Of a stretch of 51,768 bases of DNA, positions 11,576 to 19,671 are shown piece after piece. The first letter of the stretch is position 1; each line of letters starts with the position of its first letter. The notes under the pieces are model-generated. The model was not told the origin of the DNA. It saw nothing but the letters and a program-made list of their open reading frames with translations, and did not search any database. The position numbers and the translations under genes are program-made. Source of the DNA: Lysobacterales bacterium (GTDB taxonomy: Bacteria; Pseudomonadota; Gammaproteobacteria; Xanthomonadales; S139-57); contig WFUE01000130.1 in NCBI GenBank assembly GCA_015485125.1, positions 1 through 51,768 of the forward strand, read 5' to 3'.

Positions 11576-12244
11576 TCAGGTATTGATGGAAGCTATGCCC
11601 TTGTGGGGTACAAACACGCCCAGGCCCAGCTTCTGCCAGTCGCCCAGCCCGTGGGTCTGCACCCGGATGGATTCGTCCGGCTTGAGGTCGGCCAGCATCA
11701 ACCTGCGGGTGAAGATGGGCCCTGACGGCCCCTGCACGAATTCGGTCTTGCCGCACAGGGCCTTTTTCACCGGCACATCCATCTCCGCCAGCGCCGCGAC
11801 CATGCGCTGCAAAAACTGTTCTTCACTTTCCGCCTCCTCACCGGGCACATGGCGGGAAAACACCACCGCGTAAGGGTTGATCTCCCGCTCGTGCGCCTTG
11901 CCGATGCGCATTTCACGGCCGCCAATCTGCAACTGCTGACCGGCCAGCGCCTGCACATCATCCAGCCGTTCCCGGGGCACGCGCAATTCCAGGCGGGAGC
12001 GGCGCGAGAGCAGAATCTCACCCTGTTCCTCATCCGGGCGTTCCCAGCCATTCTGGCTGGCGGCACCATAGATCAGGTGCAGGGCGGCCTGCGGTTCCTG
12101 CTCGAACCAGGGCAGCGCCCGGCAGATTTCCGCCGAAAGCTCGGCGGCATGATCCAGGGGCACGGCCCGGCACTGCAACTGGAACAGTACATCCACCACC
12201 GGCGCCTGTTCCGCCTTCTTTTCTTCCTCTTCCTGCCAGAACAT
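11576..12244 (-). CDS. Solo Cas6/Cmx6-like RAMP protein (putative RNA-binding protein or endoribonuclease)
   Basis: The C-terminal glycine-rich loop GLGDWQKLGLGVFVPH fits the Cas6 GhGxxxxxGhG hallmark. The N-terminal VDVLFQLQCRAVPLDHA and the central RLELRVPRE...LAGQQLQIGG..MRIG match my recollection of the Cas6/Cmx6 (type I-MYXAN) consensus. I trimmed the start to MFWQ (ATG at 12244), 1 nt after the upstream stop. Confidence 0.6.
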   Translation of the reverse strand: MFWQEEEEKKAEQAPVVDVLFQLQCRAVPLDHAAELSAEICRALPWFEQEPQAALHLIYGAASQNGWERPDEEQGEILLSRRSRLELRVPRERLDDVQALAGQQLQIGGREMRIGKAHEREINPYAVVFSRHVPGEEAESEEQFLQRMVAALAEMDVPVKKALCGKTEFVQGPSGPIFTRRLMLADLKPDESIRVQTHGLGDWQKLGLGVFVPHKGIASINT

Positions 12245-12245
12245 G

Positions 12246-12449
12246 TCAGTCACCAAAACCGGGGATGAGATTAAAGGCGTTTTCCAGTTGCATTTCCCAG
12301 TTGTCCGGGGTGTCCTCGAAGGGTGGCTTCACATCCATTTGCAGTTGCATGGCACCTTCCTGCGCCTTCTGCCGGATCAGCTGCTGCAGGCCCTTGAAGG
12401 TTTCAATCTGTCGGTTCTGCATCAGCAATTCACTCAACCAGATGGTCAT
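12246..12449 (-). CDS. Hypothetical 67-aa Gln/Glu-rich protein
   Basis: The ATG at 12449 is preceded by GGAGAG with 5-nt spacing. Its stop lies 1 nt before the Cas6-like start. I recognised no family. Confidence 0.5.
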   Translation of the reverse strand: MTIWLSELLMQNRQIETFKGLQQLIRQKAQEGAMQLQMDVKPPFEDTPDNWEMQLENAFNLIPGFGD

Positions 12450-12504
12450 GGCGTTCTCTCCCGCACCCTTGCCGGGTGTCTGTGTTTTGCCTTGGCTGGA
12501 GGTT

Positions 12505-13386
12505 TCAGGCCGCTGCCGGTTGCGCGGGGTAGCGATCAAAGAACCGCGCCCGGTACATCAGCCGGCCGGCTTGCGGATCATCGCGAAAGCCCTTGCGGCC
12601 ATGCAGCACATTATTGCAGATCAGCCCTTCGCCGGCTTTCAGCCTGTAGTGATAGATGGGGATGGTTTCTCCCTGCAGCAAGTCCATCAGTGCCGCGCGC
12701 GCTGCGCGATGCAGGGGTTCGTCCTTCCAGATCACATTGTGCTTGCGGATGGTGAAGCGCATATGCAGCTGGCCGTGATCGTCCAGCGAGAATACAGGGC
12801 CACAGCGCGGTTCTTCTCCACCCTCTTCCCGATTGGGCGGGATGCAGAGCATGTCCGGCGCCATCAACGCGCGGATGTAGTCCGGGTTTTCATCCCGCAG
12901 ATGAATATAGAGCAGCTCCGGGTCCATGAGAAAATTTTCCCCGCCTTCCGCGGCCGGGCGCACACAGTGCAGCACCATGCCGCGAATCCACTCCTCCGGG
13001 CGGTTGTAATAACCGTCGGTATGCCAGTTGATGGGCTTGTCGGTGTAGGGAATGTAGCGTTCGCGCTTGCCACTGGGATCACAGCTCAAGGCGGTAATGC
13101 CGCTGGGGTCGCTGCACAGATGGTAATCCAGCCGGGTCAGGCCGAAGTGCGCGGCCAGCTGGCGAACCAGTGTCCGGTCTTCGCCATCGTCGTCCAGAAA
13201 ACGGTAGATGGCCATGTTGCAGCGTTGCAGCCGGTGGGCGATGGCCTCCAGCGCCGCCGGTTCCGGATTGGCCGCCTGCGGAATTTCCACCAGCAACGCG
13301 CTCGCGTCAGCCGGCACCTGTGCCAGCTTCCACGCCCGCCAGCGCCGGTAGTCGTCTTCGTGCGCCAGGGAAAAGGGTTGCGCCAT
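12505..13386 (-). CDS. TauD/TfdA-family Fe(II)/2-oxoglutarate dioxygenase
   Basis: WHTDGYY (HxD) and a distal NNVLHGRKGF (H..R) match the TauD/TfdA facial triad and 2OG-binding Arg pattern. The start codon overlaps the response-regulator stop (TGATG). Confidence 0.7.
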   Translation of the reverse strand: MAQPFSLAHEDDYRRWRAWKLAQVPADASALLVEIPQAANPEPAALEAIAHRLQRCNMAIYRFLDDDGEDRTLVRQLAAHFGLTRLDYHLCSDPSGITALSCDPSGKRERYIPYTDKPINWHTDGYYNRPEEWIRGMVLHCVRPAAEGGENFLMDPELLYIHLRDENPDYIRALMAPDMLCIPPNREEGGEEPRCGPVFSLDDHGQLHMRFTIRKHNVIWKDEPLHRAARAALMDLLQGETIPIYHYRLKAGEGLICNNVLHGRKGFRDDPQAGRLMYRARFFDRYPAQPAAA

Positions 13387-14054
13387 CAGCCTTCGTTGCG
13401 ATTGGCGCGCAGCCCCTGCTCGACGGCGATCACGGCCGCTTCCACCCGCGAGTGCACATCCAGCTTGCGCAGAATGGCTTTCACATGCAGCTTGACGGTA
13501 CCGTCGGAAATGCCCAGGTTGCGGGCAATGACCTTGTTGCTCTGCCCTTCAGCCAGCAGGGAGAGGATTTCCAGCTCTCGCGGGGTGAGGTTGGCAAAGG
13601 GGCTGGGGATGGGCGGAATGACGCCGTCGTCCTGCACCACCCGGGCCAGTACCGGGGCCAGATCGGGCGAGACTTCGGTCTTGCCCTGCATGATGTTGCG
13701 CAAGGCCGTGACCAGTGCGTCCGGGTCCATGTCCTTGAGCAGATAGCCTTGTGCGCCGGAGCGCAGGGATTCCACCAGATCCCGTTCGTCCGAGCTGGTG
13801 GTCAGCATCACCACCGGCATTTCCAGGCCCTGCTTGCGCAGCTCCCGCAGCACACTGATACCACTCATTTCCGGCATGCGCATGTCCAGCAGAATGATGT
13901 CCGGCTGGTGTTCCCTGGCCATCTTGATGCCTTCACGACCACCGCTCTGGGATTCCAGTACTTCGATGCCCCGTTGCTTGAGCAGTTTGGCCAACCCGAG
14001 TCGAAACAGGGTGTGGTCATCGATCATCAACACCTTCAGCTCACTCATATTCAC
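13386..14054 (-). CDS. NarL/FixJ (LuxR-type HTH) response regulator
   Basis: The receiver domain has VLMIDDH and IILLDMRMPEMSG (phospho-Asp). The C-terminal GerE/LuxR HTH reads LTPRELEILSLLAEGQSNKVIARNLGISDGTVKLHVKAILRKL. Confidence 0.9.
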   Translation of the reverse strand: MNMSELKVLMIDDHTLFRLGLAKLLKQRGIEVLESQSGGREGIKMAREHQPDIILLDMRMPEMSGISVLRELRKQGLEMPVVMLTTSSDERDLVESLRSGAQGYLLKDMDPDALVTALRNIMQGKTEVSPDLAPVLARVVQDDGVIPPIPSPFANLTPRELEILSLLAEGQSNKVIARNLGISDGTVKLHVKAILRKLDVHSRVEAAVIAVEQGLRANRNEG

Positions 14055-14072
14055 CTCTCTTGGTTTCCCGCG

Positions 14073-15404
14073 CTATATGGTTGTCTTTCGCCCGGCATCG
14101 GGGTCATTGTATTCGTCATGCTCGAAATCGAGAATAATCCGCGTACCTTCATCCGGCTCGCTTTCAATCCGTAGTGTACCACCCAGCTTGCTGGCGCGTT
14201 CCTGCATGATTTTCATGCCGAAATGCTCGGAGAAATCATCCATTTCCCGAAAACGTATGCCCACGCCATCGTCCTCGATCATCATGTGAATATGGCCGGC
14301 GGCATCGGAACGCATCAAAATGCGTACCATGTTGGCCTGCGCATGCTTGCGGATATTGCTCAGTGCTTCCTGGGCAATACGGTACATCTGGATTTCCTTC
14401 TCCCGGGGCAACAGCACCGGATGCCATTCCTTCTGCAGAAAAACCTGAATGCCGTTGATGGTGTGGAATCGATCCAGCAGCTCCTGAATGGCGGAAACGA
14501 TATTGCGTTTGTGGCTGGCGCCGCGAAAATGGGCGATCAGCTCGCGCAGTTCCTGGTTGGCGGTTTCAATGCTTTCCTCGATGCGCTCCATTTCCTGCCA
14601 GATGCCCGGCTCGTCTCCAATTTGCAGGGTCTGGTCCAGCACACGGATCTGAAAACGCAGGCTGGCGATGCTCTGGGCCAGTGAATCATGCAGCTCATGC
14701 GCCAGTTGCAGGCGTTCTTCCTGAATCACCTTCTGCATGCGGATGTCCATGATACGGGCGTTTTCCACCCCGATGGCCAGATGGCGGGTCACGCCTTCCA
14801 GCAAGTCATTCAGGTTGCGGTCTTCTTCCACCGAGCCCTTGAGCACGAACAGGTTGAACACACCCAAGGCCTTGCCCCGCACTTTCAGCGGGATGCACAT
14901 CATGCTGTAGTCCGCGCCACGGCTTTCGTTCAGAACCTGATCCAGCAGTTGCGCATCATCCACAATCTGGATTTTCTCCGAACGCAGGGCCGGGTCGGTC
15001 AGCGCCCGGCGCAGCGGTTCAGCCCGCTGGCCCATCAGTCTTTCCTCGCGGATGCCGGATGCGGCGGCCACACGCAGTTTTTCCTCGTGGTCCACCAGCC
15101 AGACCAGGCCGGCATCGGCCTGGGCCACGTTGCGCAGAATATGCAGGGAGCGCGTGAGCAAATCATCCAGATCACGAAAATCCATCGCCCGTGCCGCCAC
15201 TTCATAGCGGATATTCAGCGCATGGCCTTTCTTCAGCCGCTCCTGGGTATCCCGCATGCGGTCGGCAACGAGATTCATTTCTCCCGCGATGGGCTGCAAC
15301 AGCGGATCCCCAGTCAGCAGCGTGGCCGAGGCAAAGTCGTTGGCGGCCAGCTTTTCCAGCCAGCGCCGCATCATTTCCAGCTGTTGTTCGCAGGTTTCCG
15401 GCAT
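14073..15404 (-). CDS. Soluble GAF-domain sensor histidine kinase (HisKA_3/NarX-type)
   Basis: No TM segments are apparent. After a central GAF-like region come the H-box LAHELHDSLAQ, the N-box EALSNIRKHAQA, and the G-boxes DDGVGI and HFGMKIMQERA. Confidence 0.85.
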   Translation of the reverse strand: MPETCEQQLEMMRRWLEKLAANDFASATLLTGDPLLQPIAGEMNLVADRMRDTQERLKKGHALNIRYEVAARAMDFRDLDDLLTRSLHILRNVAQADAGLVWLVDHEEKLRVAAASGIREERLMGQRAEPLRRALTDPALRSEKIQIVDDAQLLDQVLNESRGADYSMMCIPLKVRGKALGVFNLFVLKGSVEEDRNLNDLLEGVTRHLAIGVENARIMDIRMQKVIQEERLQLAHELHDSLAQSIASLRFQIRVLDQTLQIGDEPGIWQEMERIEESIETANQELRELIAHFRGASHKRNIVSAIQELLDRFHTINGIQVFLQKEWHPVLLPREKEIQMYRIAQEALSNIRKHAQANMVRILMRSDAAGHIHMMIEDDGVGIRFREMDDFSEHFGMKIMQERASKLGGTLRIESEPDEGTRIILDFEHDEYNDPDAGRKTTI

Positions 15405-15410
15405 GGTCTG

Positions 15411-15731
15411 TTATTGCTCGGGTTTCACGGTACAGTTGGGGTCATTGGGATTGATGAAAACAAACTGCTTTTCATCGGAGCCTTCCAGTTCGACAAAATC
15501 CAGTACGGTTCCTTTCAGCAGGTCTTCACTGAAAGGAGAGATGACCACTTCCACCCCGTTGCTCTGGATGGTCTTGTCCTCTTCCGTAACATTGTCTTCG
15601 AAACCCATGGCATATTGAAAATTGCCCTGTTCGTCGCGCTTGACGGCGATGCGCAAGGGCATGCCCAATAAATTGCTCTCACGTGCCGCGGCCTGTATTT
15701 GCTCGGCGGCGGCCTTGCTGATTTCGATCAT
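15411..15731 (-). CDS. dsrR: DsrR (IscA/HesB-like protein lacking the three cluster cysteines)
   Basis: The protein shows the IscA-fold pattern (I.IS..AA..I, LRIAV...G..Y.M.F, and F.F.NPN) without the conserved Cys triad. It follows dsrN, and its start overlaps the dsrN stop (ATGA). Confidence 0.75.
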   Translation of the reverse strand: MIEISKAAAEQIQAAARESNLLGMPLRIAVKRDEQGNFQYAMGFEDNVTEEDKTIQSNGVEVVISPFSEDLLKGTVLDFVELEGSDEKQFVFINPNDPNCTVKPEQ

Positions 15732-17095
15732 CTGGTTTTCTCCCGTATAAATTGTACAAATGCGTCTACCCAGGGCGATGACTCAGTATGCCGCAAATGG
15801 GCATAGCCGGCGACGGTATTTTTGTACACCAGCCCGTCATGCACCCCATCCAGCCCCGTACCACGCCTTACTTGCCAGGCATAACGCTGGCCATTTTCCA
15901 CTGCCGGCAAGGGGCGCCAGGCGGAGTGATGAAATTCGTGCGCGTGCACGACTTCACTGCCTTGCCATGGCCATGGGTGATCTTGTGCCTGAATGCGCAT
16001 CAGCCCCCGACCCACCGGCCGGGCCTGCATTTCCACATCAAAGGGCAAGAATCCGGCCATGGGCCAGCGTTTGCCATCAACAACAATATGCTGGCCCAGA
16101 TACATCAAGCCACCGCATTCCGCGTAACAGGGCAACCCCTGCTGCAATGCGGCAAGGACGGCTTCTCGCATCCTGTGATTGGCACTGAGCGCCTCGGCCT
16201 TCATTTCAGGAAACCCACCGCCGATAAACAGCGCGTCCATTTCAGGCAAGGTGGTGTCATGAATGCTGTTGATGGAAACGATTTCCGCACCCAGTGTTTC
16301 AAACCGTTCCAGGTCATCGGGATAATAAAAGCCAAATGCCTGATCCTGAAATATTCCGAGACGAAAGGTTTGCTGCCTGGGTGCTGACGCCCCTTGTACT
16401 GGCGTTTCAAACGCATGCTGCGGTAATCGTTGCAGCCATGTATCCACATCCAGTTGTGTATCTAACTGAGTGGCCAGAAGCTGAAGGGTGTCTTCCGTGT
16501 TTTCCGCCTCATTGGCCGGTTGCAGCCCCAAATGCCGTTCCTGCACGGCCGCGTGCCTTTGACGTTCGATCACGCCCAGGATGGGCATGCTCGGATAACG
16601 CGCACAGACCTCCAGCAATCGCTGTCGATGACGGGGCCCGGCACATTGATTCAGCAATGCGCCCTGGAAGCGTAGCCCCGGTTCAAAAGTGGCATAGCCA
16701 TGCAACAAGGGGGCAATGCCACGGGTAAACCCGGTGACATCCACCACCAGCATCACGGGAATATCCAACAAACGAGCCAGGGCGGCATTGCTGTCCTTGC
16801 CGTCCACATCCTGACCATCAAACAGGCCGTGATTGCCCTCCACCAGCACGATATCGGCATCTGCGCTCTTGCGAAAAAACAGATCACGGATTTCGCTGGC
16901 GCTCTGGGTGTTGAAATCCAGATTGTAGGAAGGCCTGCCGCTGGCCTTGCGGTGCCAGATCGGATCGATATAGTCCGGCCCTTTCTTGAACATCTGCACG
17001 CGCAAGCCCCGATCTCGCAAGAGACGCGCCAAAGCCAGTGCAATCATGGTCTTGCCACTGGACTTGTGTGGTGCAGAGATCATCACGGCCTGCAT
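15728..17095 (-). CDS. dsrN: DsrN (cobyrinate a,c-diamide synthase-like siroheme amidase)
   Basis: N-terminal P-loop-like SAPHKSSGKT, a CobB/CbiA architecture with a C-terminal glutamine amidotransferase Cys (YAECGGLMYLG), and a position inside the dsr cluster. Confidence 0.85.
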   Translation of the reverse strand: MQAVMISAPHKSSGKTMIALALARLLRDRGLRVQMFKKGPDYIDPIWHRKASGRPSYNLDFNTQSASEIRDLFFRKSADADIVLVEGNHGLFDGQDVDGKDSNAALARLLDIPVMLVVDVTGFTRGIAPLLHGYATFEPGLRFQGALLNQCAGPRHRQRLLEVCARYPSMPILGVIERQRHAAVQERHLGLQPANEAENTEDTLQLLATQLDTQLDVDTWLQRLPQHAFETPVQGASAPRQQTFRLGIFQDQAFGFYYPDDLERFETLGAEIVSINSIHDTTLPEMDALFIGGGFPEMKAEALSANHRMREAVLAALQQGLPCYAECGGLMYLGQHIVVDGKRWPMAGFLPFDVEMQARPVGRGLMRIQAQDHPWPWQGSEVVHAHEFHHSAWRPLPAVENGQRYAWQVRRGTGLDGVHDGLVYKNTVAGYAHLRHTESSPWVDAFVQFIREKTR

Positions 17096-17195
17096 GGCTG
17101 CTCCCCAATGGGTTGGTCTAGCGAATCCAGCAACTGTTTCGCGGATCCTGTGGTTACGCCTGTTACATTAGCACTTTCTACACTATTGCTGTAAA

Positions 17196-17230
17196 GAAAA
17201 AAAAGGCCCGGCTATGCCAGGCCTTTTTCA
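17196..17230 (-). terminator. Strong rho-independent terminator between dsrP and dsrN
   Basis: The minus strand reads aaaaaGGCCTGGcatagCCGGGCCttttttttt: a 7-bp GC stem with one G-U pair, followed by a 9-T run, 13 nt after the dsrP stop. Confidence 0.75.
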
Positions 17231-17242
17231 GCGGATTGCTAT

Positions 17243-18463
17243 TCAGTCCTTGCTGTGAGCCGGGTCCACTACCTGGTCACTGAGGCTGGAAGGCAGCAGC
17301 CGCAACACCCGCATGCCCACAAAAGTGGCCAGTATGGTCAAGGCAAAGCCCCCCAGACCCAGCAGAAACTCGGGCAGTGAAGGATGATATTCAGCCACCA
17401 CACCGTCATAGAAACTGCTGGAGACAATCTTGTCGGCAAAGAGTGGCATGGGATAGGCCTGCCCGGCAATGATGGTGACATACATCTGCGCCAGACCACC
17501 AATAATCACCAGCAGCGCACCCAGCAGGATCAGGTTGCGGTTCCTGCCCAGTGTGGGGTGGTAGAAGATGGCCAGCGGCAACAGGGTGCCCAGGCCAATC
17601 TGGCCGATCCAGAATACGGCTGTGTAGATACCGCCACTGGTCAGAATCCAGATTTCATAATCATGCGCCTTGGCCCAGTATAGATTGGTCAGGTGATGAA
17701 TGATGGTCATCAACAATACCGCTCCTACAAAGGTTCCCAGCAGGTTCTTCAGACGGAACAGGATTTTCTCCCCCAGTTCGCGACCATCGAAACGGCAGGC
17801 CAGCTTGAGCATGACCATCTTGAAGGCGAGACCATAGCTGAAGGACATGATGATGAACATCGGGGCCAGCAGAGCACTGGCATAGGCGGTACGCGCCACG
17901 ATAAAACCAAAGATGGAACCGGTACCCGTGGTCAGGATCAGTCGCCAGACAAAGGCGGCAAAACCGGCCTTGGGGTAGTGCTTGTACATCTTGTAGTCCA
18001 TCATGAACCACAGATAGATACCGGTGAAGAACAGGAAACCGTTATAGAGGATCATGTTCCAGGCGAAGATGGACCGGAAGTTGTACTTCGTGGCCGCCAC
18101 GATCAACCGATCCGGACGCCCCAGATCCAGTACCAGAATCATCAGGCCACCCACCAGCAGGGCCATGGCGATCCAGGCGGACAAGCGCCCCAGGGGTTTG
18201 TACTGGTACTTGTCAAATACCGTACCAATGGAAGCGATATTCAGGGCACCGGAGGCGGCCACGATGAGAAAGACGGCAAAAACATGTGGCAACCCCCAGA
18301 CAATCTGGTTGCTCATGCCGGTGACCCAGTGACCCTCGTGCTCCATGTAAAGCGCGGCCAGTAGGCCCGCACCCAGCACGGCCGCTACAATAGCCAGAAA
18401 AGTGAGTACGGACTTGTTCAGTTCGATTTCAAGATATTCGACGGGATTTTTCATCTGGCTCAC
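17243..18463 (-). CDS. dsrP: DsrP (NrfD/PsrC-like integral membrane quinone-interacting subunit)
   Basis: A 406-aa polytopic membrane protein with about 10 hydrophobic helices, lying immediately after dsrO. Confidence 0.85.
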   Translation of the reverse strand: MSQMKNPVEYLEIELNKSVLTFLAIVAAVLGAGLLAALYMEHEGHWVTGMSNQIVWGLPHVFAVFLIVAASGALNIASIGTVFDKYQYKPLGRLSAWIAMALLVGGLMILVLDLGRPDRLIVAATKYNFRSIFAWNMILYNGFLFFTGIYLWFMMDYKMYKHYPKAGFAAFVWRLILTTGTGSIFGFIVARTAYASALLAPMFIIMSFSYGLAFKMVMLKLACRFDGRELGEKILFRLKNLLGTFVGAVLLMTIIHHLTNLYWAKAHDYEIWILTSGGIYTAVFWIGQIGLGTLLPLAIFYHPTLGRNRNLILLGALLVIIGGLAQMYVTIIAGQAYPMPLFADKIVSSSFYDGVVAEYHPSLPEFLLGLGGFALTILATFVGMRVLRLLPSSLSDQVVDPAHSKD

Positions 18464-18468
18464 AATCC

Positions 18469-19230
18469 TCAGTTGATGCCCTGATAGCGCACACCGGTGT
18501 TCAGCCCGAGATCCTCGCGAATCTGCTGACCACCCTCACGCAACAGTGCCTGGGAAATCTCGCTCTCGGGATCGTTGAGATCACCAAATATCATTGCCTG
18601 GTGTCCTTCCAGCTTGCAGGCTTCCACACAAGCCGGAATGCCCCCCTTGTCCACGGTGTATACGCACATGTTGCAGGATTCCACCGTTCCCTTGCCCCGG
18701 GGCGTATGCGGCAGTGGATTTTCGGTTTCTTCATGCAGGAAACTCCGTGCCTTGTAGGGGCAGGCCATCATGCAATAGCGACAACCGATACACAGATGGC
18801 GGTCCACCAGTACGATGCCATCCTCGCGCCGGAAAGAAGCGCCTGTCGGGCAAACATCCGCACAAGGCGGGTGTTCGCAATGCTGGCACATGATGGGGAA
18901 GGAACTGACCTTGCGGGTCAGCGGATCTTCCACCTTGAGTTTGCGAATCCACTGCGGGTCCTTGTCAGGACGTCCATGGGTTTCGATGCCATGCTTGTTG
19001 TGGCATGCGGTAACACACGCGTCGCACTCTGTGGTGCATTTGCGCGTATCAATGAGGATGCCCCAGCGATTCTTGTCGGATATTCGCTGATCATCCGGCT
19101 TGGCCTTGACTTCATGCAGCACCAGACCGGGAAGAATGGTCATGGAGGCGATCACGCTGACCGAGCCGCCCAGAAAAGACCGGCGCTCCGGTTGTGCGGG
19201 CTGGTTACAATCGCAGGATTTGCAACTCAT
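18469..19230 (-). CDS. dsrO: DsrO (Tat-exported 4x[4Fe-4S] ferredoxin-like subunit)
   Basis: Twin-arginine signal ERRSFLGGS and multiple CxxCxxCxxxCP-type clusters (CQHCEHPPCADVCP, CIGCRYCMMACP). The start overlaps the dsrJ stop. Confidence 0.9.
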   Translation of the reverse strand: MSCKSCDCNQPAQPERRSFLGGSVSVIASMTILPGLVLHEVKAKPDDQRISDKNRWGILIDTRKCTTECDACVTACHNKHGIETHGRPDKDPQWIRKLKVEDPLTRKVSSFPIMCQHCEHPPCADVCPTGASFRREDGIVLVDRHLCIGCRYCMMACPYKARSFLHEETENPLPHTPRGKGTVESCNMCVYTVDKGGIPACVEACKLEGHQAMIFGDLNDPESEISQALLREGGQQIREDLGLNTGVRYQGIN

Positions 19231-19670
19231 TGGCGAGCCTCCATCAAGGTATTGCGAATGGTGTCTTCCGAAAGCCCTTGCCGCAGCATCACAGGATGGC
19301 GAGCCTGTTCATAGGCCTCCTCCGGTTTATCGGCATGGCATTGGAAACAGTCAATCTTCACGGCTGCATAGGTGTGACAGGAATTACAGAAGTGTTTTTC
19401 CGTTTTCACGGAAACCCACTCACCCTTCTCGTCCTTGGTAGCATGGCAGTTGATGCATTCCACCAGGCTGAACTGCGGGTTGCGATAGCCCTCGTGCACG
19501 GTTTCGTCCCGCTGGTGCAGGATGTATTTCATATGATTTTTCCGCATTTCATCCGTGGGTCGCACGCAGGATTCACCCTTGCGTGCTTCCGGAATCTGCG
19601 GCAATACACCTGACCAGGCTGCCAAGGGCAGCAACAGGCCAATCAGCAATGCAATCAGCCCTTGTCGCAT
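19227..19670 (-). CDS. dsrJ: DsrJ (periplasmic triheme cytochrome c)
   Basis: Three CxxCH motifs (CINCH, CNSCH, CFQCH) follow the signal/anchor MRQGLIALLIGLLLPLAAWSG. I trimmed the start to the ATG at 19670, 1 nt after the dsrL stop. Confidence 0.9.
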   Translation of the reverse strand: MRQGLIALLIGLLLPLAAWSGVLPQIPEARKGESCVRPTDEMRKNHMKYILHQRDETVHEGYRNPQFSLVECINCHATKDEKGEWVSVKTEKHFCNSCHTYAAVKIDCFQCHADKPEEAYEQARHPVMLRQGLSEDTIRNTLMEARQ

Positions 19671-19671
19671 C

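Noticed and set aside
11200-15404. I searched for a CRISPR repeat-spacer array or other cas genes around the Cas6/Cmx6-like ORF.
   Set aside because: No regularly spaced 25-40-nt direct repeats are visible in any intergenic region of the window, and the flanking ORFs are not Cas families. No CRISPR feature is therefore called.
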